Positions 18,633-27,392 of a stretch of 64,000 bases of DNA are shown in pieces. This DNA is from Bacteroidales bacterium. GTDB taxonomy: Bacteria; Bacteroidota; Bacteroidia; Bacteroidales; VadinHA17. Position numbers and translations under genes: made by a program. The notes under the pieces are model-generated. The model saw only the letters and a program-made list of their open reading frames with translations. It did no database searches and was not told the origin of the DNA. The stretch's first letter is position 1. Every line of letters begins with the position of its first letter. The stretch spans positions 211,419 through 275,418 of the forward strand of contig PLLO01000006.1 of NCBI GenBank assembly GCA_003142255.1, given 5' to 3'.

Positions 18633-19931
18633 TTATTCAATTTCCTTGCCGCTTATATTCAGGTACTCGACTTTAGCCATTGAGAGCTTGATTTTATGTA
18701 TCTCGTAATTGATCACGGATTGTTGTTCAGCATTCAGTTCGCTGAGGTATTCTGTAGCAATTATAGTACCGTTGTTGTACTGTGATTCGGATGATGCAGT
18801 GATCCTCTTCCTGACGACAATGAGAGAGGAATCAGATTCAACCAGCGAATTCAGGTTTTCAATCTCTGCTTTTTTAGACAGCAGGAGACGCTTAAGATTA
18901 TCTGTAAGGTCTGTTTTCCTGTTATCCAATATCTGCTGTTGCCTCGCTATTACCTCTTTTTCATTCTTAGCCTTGTTCCAGTCGTATATGTTCCATTTGA
19001 TCCCGGCGCCGAGAATATAATATGGTTCAAATGCATCCTTGAAGAAGTTGTTACCCGGAGGATTGCCATATCCCAGCGTGGCAAAACCGAATGCCTTAGG
19101 CATTCGCTTACTATCAACAGCCTTAAGCCCGGCTGCCAGTTGTTCCTTCCTGAGGTCAAAAAGCTGAAGCTCAGGACGCAGCAGTTCATCAGAAATTTCG
19201 CCTTGCAGTGAGGGCAGAATGAATTTGGAACCGTCATCAATTCTGGTACCGGTCAGATCAGAGAGCTGTGTAAGGAGAGACGCCTTCAAGATTTCATTTT
19301 CACGGATCTGCTGATCAATTTTAATCTTCTCTGATGACATTACATCGATATCGGATTTGATTATTACACCATTGGCAAGTGCTGATTCCATGGTCTTTAT
19401 GCGCTTGTTTACCAGGATCAGATAATTATTCAGAATTTCTTTTTGCCTGTCGATCAGGAGAAGGTTGAAGTAATATCCGTTCACCTGGCTGCGCAGCTTG
19501 TAAAGGTCTGTCTCTGTCTCCTTCTCGCTTACATTCATACCTGCCTTTTCAAGTGTACGCGCATTTTTGATTGCGCCTCCGTCATATATTACCTGGTTGA
19601 TATCGACGGTGACTTTATACTGTTCGTGAGGCAGCGGCGATATCATTCCTGCAATCCCTGGAATCGGAAGCGAGCCAAGAACACTAGTCATGTCAACGAC
19701 CGAAGAGTTATAGAGAATGCTTCCTCCTGCATCGAGTGACGGAAGCCATCCTTTGGCAAGGTTTTTATCCTTCAGCTGCCAGATATCGGAATATGCATTT
19801 TCCTCGCCTGCCAGGGCTGAAGCTTTGGAGGCCATATCGTAACACTCCTTAAGGGTTAAAATCTTCTGTCCCTCAATAAATGATAACCAGGGAACTAATA
19901 CAATAATTAAAATCAAACCTCTCTTTTTCAT
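18633..19931 (-). CDS. TolC family outer-membrane efflux protein
   Basis: Signal peptide, two OEP-like repeats (WLPSLDAGG; MPKAFGFA..WNIYDW). Confidence 0.88.
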   Translation of the reverse strand: MKKRGLILIIVLVPWLSFIEGQKILTLKECYDMASKASALAGEENAYSDIWQLKDKNLAKGWLPSLDAGGSILYNSSVVDMTSVLGSLPIPGIAGMISPLPHEQYKVTVDINQVIYDGGAIKNARTLEKAGMNVSEKETETDLYKLRSQVNGYYFNLLLIDRQKEILNNYLILVNKRIKTMESALANGVIIKSDIDVMSSEKIKIDQQIRENEILKASLLTQLSDLTGTRIDDGSKFILPSLQGEISDELLRPELQLFDLRKEQLAAGLKAVDSKRMPKAFGFATLGYGNPPGNNFFKDAFEPYYILGAGIKWNIYDWNKAKNEKEVIARQQQILDNRKTDLTDNLKRLLLSKKAEIENLNSLVESDSSLIVVRKRITASSESQYNNGTIIATEYLSELNAEQQSVINYEIHKIKLSMAKVEYLNISGKEIE

Positions 19932-19971
19932 ATTGACTTTAAACTTGAAACCTAAAACCTAAAAGTTCAAT

Positions 19972-20583
19972 TTACTTCTTTATAGCATTAATGATAAAAT
20001 CAGCCGCATACTCCTTCCTCTCCTCAATATATTCATCAAAATTGTAGCCCATTTTTTCCATTATGCTGGCAATAATCGGTTTGGCTGCAAATGGAAAGAC
20101 ACTCATTCCGGCAACAGTTGTCATAAACTGGGGAAGATTTTCTTTAGTAATATTGTATCTTTTCAGTTCTTCCTTATGCTGAGCTTCCAGGGTAGTCCAT
20201 AATTTATTAATATCAATACTCTGGATCAGTTTTCTTATTCTTTCAGGATTCCGGTGGATTTCGTTTAAAATAAATGAAGGGAGTCTCGGATTCTTTTGCA
20301 TGAATGCAATATGCTCCCTTATAAAGAACCTTATCTTATCTTCCAGAGAAAGATTCTCATCTAATACAGGTGCAAACTTTTTAAACATCTGTCCGGCGAT
20401 CTTTTCAAATACGGCATTGAAAAGATGATCCTTTGTGCGGTAATAATAATGCAACAGGGACTTATTTATTCCTGCATGATCGGCTATATCCTGCATCCTT
20501 GCCCCATCCATTCCTTTCTCAATGAATACATCCGTTGCTGCTTCAAAGATCTTCTCCTCAGTTTGTTTATCGTTCTCCGTCAT
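19972..20583 (-). CDS. TetR/AcrR family transcriptional regulator
   Basis: IFEAATDVFIEKGMDGARMQDIADHAGINKSLLHYYY HTH; start 20583 (MTEND) or 20595. Confidence 0.93.
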   Translation of the reverse strand: MTENDKQTEEKIFEAATDVFIEKGMDGARMQDIADHAGINKSLLHYYYRTKDHLFNAVFEKIAGQMFKKFAPVLDENLSLEDKIRFFIREHIAFMQKNPRLPSFILNEIHRNPERIRKLIQSIDINKLWTTLEAQHKEELKRYNITKENLPQFMTTVAGMSVFPFAAKPIIASIMEKMGYNFDEYIEERKEYAADFIINAIKK

Positions 20584-20587
20584 GTCT

Positions 20588-20639
20588 TTAACCATTAAGT
20601 TTAACCCAAAAGATTAATCAAATAGTTTAACCAGATGGT
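20588..20639. promoter_or_regulatory. candidate TetR operator array, four 13-bp units
   Basis: TTAACCATTAAGT / TTAACCCAAAAGA / TTAATCAAATAGT / TTAACCAGATGGT starting at 20588, 20601, 20614, 20627, between promoter and start codon. Confidence 0.6.
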
Positions 20640-20671
20640 CAAAAGTAAAACAGATTTTTAATATGTGCAAA
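20640..20671 (-). promoter_or_regulatory. sigma-ABfr promoter of the tetR-efflux operon
   Basis: Minus strand TTTG (20668-20671), N20, TACTTTTG (20640-20647): canonical spacing. Confidence 0.75.
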
Positions 20672-20686
20672 TATTTTTAAAGAATT

Positions 20687-21136
20687 CCGGGACTAAAGTC
20701 CCCTCAACAGGAATTGTGCAATACCCCGGACTGAAGTCCGGGATTAGTTTAAAGATTTTTGGGAAAAGAATCCCATAAAGGGGCAAAAGTGCATTATTCG
20801 TGGCTTTTATAAAGCTGGAGCATCTGAGGCTCTGAAAGAGCCAAATATGAATAACCCCCGGTGAATCGAAGATCAGCGAAGCTAAACCGGGGGTACAGAC
20901 CGCTCTAAGGATTTGAGCTCTGAAGGAGCTCAATATTAAGCCCCTTTAGGGCTTGATTCATTTTATAAGTATAAACCCCGGGCTTCAGCCCGGGGTCGAT
21001 AATGAAGTAAAGGAACGGGCTTTAGCCCTCAACATCAGGGTACGATATACATTTGATGAATTATAAAGTATATGTTTTTGAGGGCTGAAGCCCATAATTA
21101 ATAGATGATCTGTCCCCCAGGACTGAAGTCCGGGGT
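20687..21136. repeat. cluster of REP-like short palindromes (mosaic/MITE-like)
   Basis: At least nine hairpins, e.g. GGGACTAAAGTCCC 20689, CCCGGACTGAAGTCCGGG 20725, GGCTCTGAAAGAGCC 20828, GAGCTCTGAAGGAGCTC 20915, AAGCCCCTTTAGGGCTT 20938, ACCCCGGGCTTCAGCCCGGGGT 20975, GGGCTTTAGCCC 21017, GGGCTGAAGCCC 21082, CCCCCAGGACTGAAGTCCGGGG 21114. Confidence 0.8.
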
Positions 21137-21201
21137 TTGTGAATTTTGTTTAGTTTTGTATATTTTCAGCACTATTGGATCTTTGTTAAATTGATCGATT
21201 T

Positions 21202-21654
21202 ATGGAACACCTTGAAATCAAAAACGGACCTTTTAAAATAATCAGATCTGCAATAGCAATATTGAATATTGCAGCCGGAGTATTGATGTTCTTTGTTTCG
21301 TTTGATTCAGACAAAATAATAATAAAGATCACCCCGTTCTTTATTGTTTTTTTCGGCATTTACCTCCTGACAAACGGATTTGGCCTGGAGAGATGCTGGT
21401 TCAGAACTGGCGATAATTGCATAATAATTAAATGGATAAACAGGATAGCTCCTGTTCAGATCCATAATTCAAGGATATTCAAGGTAAGCCTCGAAAGAAC
21501 CAGGGTAATGATTTACCGTAAAGATGACAAGCCGATGAAGATGGATCTTACATTCCTTGAAAAGGAACAAAAAAGAGAGATTTACGAGTTTTTGATCAAC
21601 TACTCAAAAAAAAAGAACCTTGTCCTTGAGAGACACTCAAGTACGATGTTGTGA
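21202..21654 (+). CDS. hypothetical membrane protein (2 TM plus small soluble domain)
   Basis: 150-aa ORF with two hydrophobic helices, alone in the interval. Confidence 0.7.
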   Translation: MEHLEIKNGPFKIIRSAIAILNIAAGVLMFFVSFDSDKIIIKITPFFIVFFGIYLLTNGFGLERCWFRTGDNCIIIKWINRIAPVQIHNSRIFKVSLERTRVMIYRKDDKPMKMDLTFLEKEQKREIYEFLINYSKKKNLVLERHSSTML

Positions 21655-21768
21655 TTATCAAACATACCTTATCGGGAGCCTTTTTAAATCTCTTTATCGA
21701 GAACATTTTGCAATGATCAAATATTCTTTTCATTTGTAATTCCAAAAAGAAAGCGATTCTTATTTGTT

Positions 21769-24003
21769 TTATCTTTTGAGCGATTTGAACCTCAGGCGGA
21801 GGCTGTTGGTAACGACGCTTACCGAGCTAAGTGCCATAGCGGCTCCTGCAATCATTGGATTGAGCAGAAAACCTGTGAACGGATATAATATTCCGGCTGC
21901 AACAGGAATTCCTATGATATTATAAATGAATGCCCAGAAAAGATTTTGCTTTATTGTTGCGACTGTAAGCTTCGATAATTTTATGGCCTGTGGTATCTTC
22001 GTGAGGTCTGATGAAATGATCGTCATCCTGGCTACATCCATAGCTATATCCGATCCTTTGCCCATGGCAATGCTTACATCAGCCCTGGCCATTGCCTGCG
22101 AATCATTTATACCATCACCTGCCATTGCAACAACCTTCCCGTTTTTCTGAAGGAATTTTATATAATCATCTTTATCCTGTGGAAGGGCTTCAGCCCTGAA
22201 ACTATCTATACCGGCTTTTTTTGCAGCAACCTTCGCGCTCTGCTCATTATCGCCGGTAAGCATGTGAACCTCAATTCCAAGATCGTGAAGCTGACGGATT
22301 GCTACCACTGATGATTCCTTTATCTCGTCGGAAATTGCAGTAACTGAAAGGACCCGGCCCGAATCGCTAAAGAAGGATAGCGTCATGGCTTCATTCTGCC
22401 ATAAATCTGCAAGAGCCATTAGTTCATCATCTGTAGCGATACCATTTTCTTCCATCAGCTTTCTGTTGCCGACAAAAAAAGTATCTGTCCCGATGACAGC
22501 TTTAATGCCTTTCCCGGGAATACTTTCGTCATGTACATTAAGAGAGTTACTGCTGACGCCTGATTTTTCGAGGAAGCGGACCATTGGTTCCGCTAGCGGA
22601 TGCTCGCTGCTCCTTTGAATGGCAAGAAGAATAGCGGCATACTTATCAGTGTCGGTATTCTTTATCCAGGCATGGTTCTGAACAGCTGGTTCTCCAAGTG
22701 TAATTGTCCCGGTTTTATCGAGGACAACTGCGTTTATCTTATGCGCAATTTCAAGGCTCTCGGCATCCTTGATGAGAATACCGTTATCGGCTCCCTTCCC
22801 GATCCCGACCATGATTGCTGTAGGTGTTGCCAGCCCCAGTGCACAGGGGCAGGCTATAATAAGTACAGTAACAATGGCGAGCAGGCTTCGAGTAAGTGCA
22901 TTATCGACGCCGGAGAAATACCATATCAATCCGCTGAGGATTGCAACTGAAATAACAACCGGAACAAATATCCCGGCAATTTTATCCACCAGGTGCTGGA
23001 TGGGAGCCTTGCTTCCCTGAGCTTCCCTGACCATTTTAATAATCTGAGCCAGTAAGGTATCGCCTCCTACTTTTTCGGCCCTGAACTGAAAGCTTCCTTT
23101 CTGGTTGATTGTACCGGCAAACAGTTTCGATCCCTCTGTTTTCTCAACAGCAATAGGTTCTCCGCTGATCATGCTCTCATCAACAAACGAGGAGCCTGAA
23201 ACGATTATCCCGTCGACAGGGATTTTATTTCCCGGTTTTATAAGAAGAATATCACCCGGAACAACCTGGCTTATGGGGATCTCTTTCTGCTCCCCGTTAC
23301 TCAAAATGGCAATTACGGTTTTAGCTTGCAGGCCAATTAACTTTTTAAGAGCCGATGAAGTGTTGGCCTTTGCCTTCTCCTCAAACATTCTACCAAGAAG
23401 AATAAAGGTCATAATAACTGCGGAGGCTTCAAAATATACATGGGCATCGATACCCTTCCCGGCTAAAAGGTTCGGGAAGAGGGTAATAACAGCACTATAT
23501 ATATATGCTATACCGGTGCTTAATGCTACCAGGGTATCCATATTTGAGGAGCCATGTTTCAGCTGTTTCCATGCGCCAACAGGAAACTGGCGCCCGAACC
23601 AGAAGACAACCGGAGTGGCAAGCGCCATCATTATAAAGTTGGCGTAGGGGATGTGCATGAAAAACATTGCAATTATGAAAAGAGGTATACTGAGTACCGC
23701 TGACCCGATTGTGTTTGATCTTATTTCTTCATAATAAGTCTTCTGAGCTTCTTCTTTGAGCTCAAGGCTGTTGGCTTCGTCAATGATTATATCGTACCCG
23801 ATCGACTGGATAGCTTTTTTCATTTCCGAGGGAGAGATCTCTCCGGGCAGAAATTCAACGTTAATAGAAGTATCGGCATAATTCACATTGGCGGACGATA
23901 TTCCCGGAAGCTTCCTGACAAATGCTTCGGTTCTGACTGCGCATGACGCACAATGCATTCCAGTAACTGGGTATGTTTTTGTTATTTTAATTTTTGAAGC
24001 CAT
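21769..24003 (-). CDS. copA: Cu(I)-type P1B heavy-metal translocating ATPase
   Basis: One HMA domain GMHCASC, IACPCALGLATP, DKTGT, GDGIND, YN and MALSS motifs. Confidence 0.93.
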   Translation of the reverse strand: MASKIKITKTYPVTGMHCASCAVRTEAFVRKLPGISSANVNYADTSINVEFLPGEISPSEMKKAIQSIGYDIIIDEANSLELKEEAQKTYYEEIRSNTIGSAVLSIPLFIIAMFFMHIPYANFIMMALATPVVFWFGRQFPVGAWKQLKHGSSNMDTLVALSTGIAYIYSAVITLFPNLLAGKGIDAHVYFEASAVIMTFILLGRMFEEKAKANTSSALKKLIGLQAKTVIAILSNGEQKEIPISQVVPGDILLIKPGNKIPVDGIIVSGSSFVDESMISGEPIAVEKTEGSKLFAGTINQKGSFQFRAEKVGGDTLLAQIIKMVREAQGSKAPIQHLVDKIAGIFVPVVISVAILSGLIWYFSGVDNALTRSLLAIVTVLIIACPCALGLATPTAIMVGIGKGADNGILIKDAESLEIAHKINAVVLDKTGTITLGEPAVQNHAWIKNTDTDKYAAILLAIQRSSEHPLAEPMVRFLEKSGVSSNSLNVHDESIPGKGIKAVIGTDTFFVGNRKLMEENGIATDDELMALADLWQNEAMTLSFFSDSGRVLSVTAISDEIKESSVVAIRQLHDLGIEVHMLTGDNEQSAKVAAKKAGIDSFRAEALPQDKDDYIKFLQKNGKVVAMAGDGINDSQAMARADVSIAMGKGSDIAMDVARMTIISSDLTKIPQAIKLSKLTVATIKQNLFWAFIYNIIGIPVAAGILYPFTGFLLNPMIAGAAMALSSVSVVTNSLRLRFKSLKR

Positions 24004-24025
24004 GATTTATTTATCCAATCGCCCG

Positions 24026-24033
24026 CAAAGGTA
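24026..24033 (-). promoter_or_regulatory. -7 box for copA (TACCTTTG)
   Basis: Exact TAnnTTTG on the minus strand 22 nt upstream of the ATG. Confidence 0.55.
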
Positions 24034-24166
24034 ATCTAAAACTCATTAAAATATTATTGAGCTGACTAATAGACCTAACACTTAATTCCTGAAAAGGTTG
24101 AATTTTAGAACTGAAAAAATTAGATTTGTATCATCCAATCTGATCATTAATCTAATCTTCTGAATT

Positions 24167-25006
24167 ATGAAATGGCAAGGCAGAGAAGGCAGCGATAACG
24201 TTGAAGACCGCCGTGGCATATCAGGCAAGCATGTGGCAATAGGTGGTGGTATTGGTACGATAGTGATTGCGATTATTGTTCTGCTGCTCGGCGGAGATCC
24301 ATCGCAGCTTCTGAACACCCAGGGCACTGCTAATGACACCGAACAGGTTCAGACTACTGCTGAAGAGGATTCACTTGCAAGGTTTGTTTCAGTCGTTCTG
24401 AAAGATACCGAGACAGTATGGGGAAAAATATTTGAAGTTTCAGGGCAAACATACCGGCAACCGAAGCTGGTACTGTTCCGCGACGAGGTTGAGTCGGCAT
24501 GCGGTTATGCCAGTGCGGCAAGCGGCCCTTTCTATTGCCCGGGAGATGAGAAGGTTTATATTGACCTTAGCTTCTGCGAACAGCTGAAGACAAAATTCGG
24601 GGATTATGGCGACTTTGCCGTTGCTTATGTGGTCGCCCATGAGATAGGGCATCATGTGCAGAACCAGCTTGGGATTTTTGAAAAATATAACGACTTGAGA
24701 TCAAGATCAAGCGAAAAGAATGCAAATAAGATATCTGTAAGAATTGAGCTCCAGGCTGATTTTCTTTCAGGAATGTGGGCTCATTATGAGGAATCGATGC
24801 TGAAAACACTCGAGGCCGGAGATATTGAAGAAGCGATGAACGCAGCAGCAGCTGTCGGCGATGACAATCTGGAACTGAAATACCAGGGAAGGATCATTCC
24901 CGACTCATTCACTCACGGGACTTCGGCCCAGAGAAAGGAATGGTTCAAAAAAGGTTATGATACAGGCGATTTTGAGCAGGGCGATACTTTCAACTCAAGT
25001 ATCTGA
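24167..25006 (+). CDS. ypfJ: neutral zinc metallopeptidase, YpfJ family
   Basis: MKWQGREGSDNVEDRRG N-terminus, GPFYCP, AHEIGHHVQ, ELQADF, SFTHGTSAQR. Confidence 0.9.
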   Translation: MKWQGREGSDNVEDRRGISGKHVAIGGGIGTIVIAIIVLLLGGDPSQLLNTQGTANDTEQVQTTAEEDSLARFVSVVLKDTETVWGKIFEVSGQTYRQPKLVLFRDEVESACGYASAASGPFYCPGDEKVYIDLSFCEQLKTKFGDYGDFAVAYVVAHEIGHHVQNQLGIFEKYNDLRSRSSEKNANKISVRIELQADFLSGMWAHYEESMLKTLEAGDIEEAMNAAAAVGDDNLELKYQGRIIPDSFTHGTSAQRKEWFKKGYDTGDFEQGDTFNSSI

Positions 25007-25095
25007 TATGAAAAGCTGGCACGGATTTCAGATCAATGTCTTTTTTCCAAGTTAATCATATAGGCAGATTTCAAGGTAAATTCTTTTTTGAGGAG

Positions 25096-25406
25096 GGAGA
25101 TTCCTCATTCCTCCGCCGGCTGGCGGATCAATTCAGAATGACAATTCATCATTACTACGGATGCAGTTATATAACAGGGGAGATTCCTCATTGCGCTGCG
25201 CTCCATTCGGAATGACAATTCATCTATTATGGTGGGGAAAGGGAAGGCGGTTCGCATATGCGAACCGCCTTCCCTTTCTATGCCTCCCCGATAAACCTTG
25301 TCATTCCGAGCGTCAGCGAGGAATCTCCATATTCAATTACTCCCCTCTTTTCAATTCAGTCTTGTCATTCCGAATGAATCCGACGAAGGAGGATAAATGA
25401 GGAATC
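25096..25406. repeat. symmetric composite palindromic element (A-B-P-B'-A')
   Basis: GGAGATTCCTCA...AATGACA at 25096-25143 and 25179-25217; perfect 42-bp palindrome 25237-25278; inverted copies TGTCATTCCGA...GAGGAATCT at 25299-25328 and 25363-25406. Confidence 0.82.
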
Positions 25407-25439
25407 TTCTTCAATTAAATTGAAAAAAACCTTAAGAAA

Positions 25440-25495
25440 TTTGTATTATTAATAAATAATATTTTATCTTTACAATATATAAGATACTTAAATAT
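25440..25495 (+). promoter_or_regulatory. padR operon promoter with candidate PadR operator
   Basis: TTTG 25440-25443, N21, TATCTTTA 25465-25472; imperfect palindrome ATATATAAG-ATA-CTTAAATAT at 25475-25495. Confidence 0.55.
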
Positions 25496-25504
25496 ACTGA
25501 AAAC

Positions 25505-25849
25505 ATGATATCAACAGATTTAATTAAAGGTTCATTAAAGACAATCGTCCTGAAGCTTCTTGAAGAGAACGGGCGCATGTATGGTTATGAAATAACGCGA
25601 AAAGTCGAGGAGCTTACTGAAGGGAAGATAAAGCTTACATACGGAGCTCTTTATCCTGTTCTTCATAAGCTTGAAAGCGAAGAGGTGCTTGTCACGGAAT
25701 CCGAAAACTTCAATAACCGTATTCGTATCTACTACAGTCTGACCCCGAAAGGGCATTCTGTTGTTGTCGAAAAGCTGAAAGAGATGAAAGAATTCATCGA
25801 ATCGCTTGAGAAAATCGTTAATCCCCAACCCGGTTTGAGGTATGCCTGA
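25505..25849 (+). CDS. PadR family transcriptional regulator
   Basis: LIKGSLKTIVLKLLEENGRMYGYEI..GALYPVLHKLE..RIYYSLTPKG winged helix. Confidence 0.92.
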   Translation: MISTDLIKGSLKTIVLKLLEENGRMYGYEITRKVEELTEGKIKLTYGALYPVLHKLESEEVLVTESENFNNRIRIYYSLTPKGHSVVVEKLKEMKEFIESLEKIVNPQPGLRYA

Positions 25850-27278
25850 ACTAAGCCTGCATAATATTGACCAGATAAGCCAGGACGTCAGGAAACAGGA
25901 GATCACCTTCTCCCACCTTCTTGATGAGCTGACAGATCATGTATGCTGTGATGTCGAATATGAAATGCAGAAGGGGATGAATTTCCAGGAAGCCTATCTT
26001 ATGGTAAAGCAGAAAATGGGGAAACGAAGGCTTAAGGAGATACAGGAAGAGACACTTTATGCAGTTGACACTAAATACAGAATTATGAAAACAACAATGA
26101 AAATTTCTGGTGTGGCAGGCACGGTAATGGTCGGCCTTGCTGCACTTTTAAAGATACAGCACTGGCCCGGTGCTGGTATCCTGCTGACCCTCGGGGCCCT
26201 GACACTGGCACTGGTTTTCCTGCCATCAGCCCTCTCTGTACTCTGGAAAGAGACCCACAACACTAAAAGACTTTTTCTTTTCATTTCAGCATTCCTGACA
26301 GGAGCCTGCTTTATTGCCGGGACTCTTTTCAAGATTCAGCATTGGCAAGGGGCAGGGCCTATTCTGATACTGGGGACACTGTCAGGTATCCTTTTCTTTG
26401 TCCCTTCTTTGCTGATAAGCAGGCTGAATGACCAGGAAAACAAGGCTAAGCGGCCTGTTTACATCCTTGGTGCCGCCGGAGTAGTCTTATATGTTGCCGG
26501 TTTGCTCTGTAAAATACAGCACTGGCCACTCGCAACTATATTTATGGTCACCGGGCTGATCCTTTTATGCATCTTGGCGTTCCCATGGTATACGTGGCTT
26601 ACGTGGAAAGAGGAGAACCATCTCAGTTCCACGTTCATTTTCATGGTTATAGGATTTCTTTTAATTATTATACCGGGCGCTATAGTAAACCTGAACCTGC
26701 AGCACTCTTATCAGGATCGTTACTATACAACTAATAATCAGCAAAATGCCTTATACGATTATTTATTCATGAATAACAGTTCGCTGGTCAGCAGGTATCA
26801 CGATTCGTTAAATTACCAGAAGCTTGACCAGCTGCATGCCAGAACCACCGGAATTCTTTCAGTCGTCAGCAATGTCCAGGAAGAAATGGTCCGGGAATCG
26901 GAAGGAGAACCCGGCAAGTCTGCAGTGAGCGCTGGTCAGATAAGTCAGACTGAAACCGGTCACGAAATATTGTATAGGAAACTTTCAATGCCATTTGACA
27001 TCCTGCCTGTACGGGACCATCTTTTACCAAACTGCAAGTCACGCCAGGATATTAATCTCGCAATATCCGGATACCTGGATTATCTGACAGGAATTGTTCC
27101 CGGGGAAGATATTCTCAGGTATAAAAAGCTTTTAGACCCATCGACATATCTGCCCGGTGATGACTCTGGCAAAGATGTGATATCATTAATGTCAGGGCTG
27201 CATTCGCTTGAGGTTTTGAAAAACGGTATACTTACCGCTGAATCATGTGTTTTAAATGAAATTACCAGATATAAATAA
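25842..27278 (+). CDS. membrane protein: PadR-associated N-terminal domain + 3 GldL-like TM hairpins + GldM-like TM and D1 domain
   Basis: KIQHW at aa 104, 164, 224 (60-aa period); extra TM ending IVNLN; C-terminal helical bundle ending LEVLKNGILTAESCVL like GldM D1; 8-nt overlap with padR. Confidence 0.8.
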   Translation: MPELSLHNIDQISQDVRKQEITFSHLLDELTDHVCCDVEYEMQKGMNFQEAYLMVKQKMGKRRLKEIQEETLYAVDTKYRIMKTTMKISGVAGTVMVGLAALLKIQHWPGAGILLTLGALTLALVFLPSALSVLWKETHNTKRLFLFISAFLTGACFIAGTLFKIQHWQGAGPILILGTLSGILFFVPSLLISRLNDQENKAKRPVYILGAAGVVLYVAGLLCKIQHWPLATIFMVTGLILLCILAFPWYTWLTWKEENHLSSTFIFMVIGFLLIIIPGAIVNLNLQHSYQDRYYTTNNQQNALYDYLFMNNSSLVSRYHDSLNYQKLDQLHARTTGILSVVSNVQEEMVRESEGEPGKSAVSAGQISQTETGHEILYRKLSMPFDILPVRDHLLPNCKSRQDINLAISGYLDYLTGIVPGEDILRYKKLLDPSTYLPGDDSGKDVISLMSGLHSLEVLKNGILTAESCVLNEITRYK

Positions 27279-27392
27279 TCACTTTAATAATTAAAACCAT
27301 GGACCCCACATGTTCTACAAACCTGATTGGATAAGTTTAATTTCATCAACATGTGGGCTGCATAATACCTTTAAAATCAAAATTATAATATT

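Noticed and set aside
20658-20933. 91-aa minus-strand ORF
   Set aside because: It is a translation of the palindrome cluster and overlaps the tetR promoter
20687-21136. Possible CRISPR array
   Set aside because: Units differ in sequence, length and orientation, spacing is irregular and no cas gene is nearby; REP-like instead
22600-23647. Plus-strand ORFs (116 and 180 aa) over copA
   Set aside because: Antisense shadows with no recognisable motifs
25161-25400. 79-aa plus-strand ORF
   Set aside because: Lies wholly within the symmetric repeat element; no protein-like features
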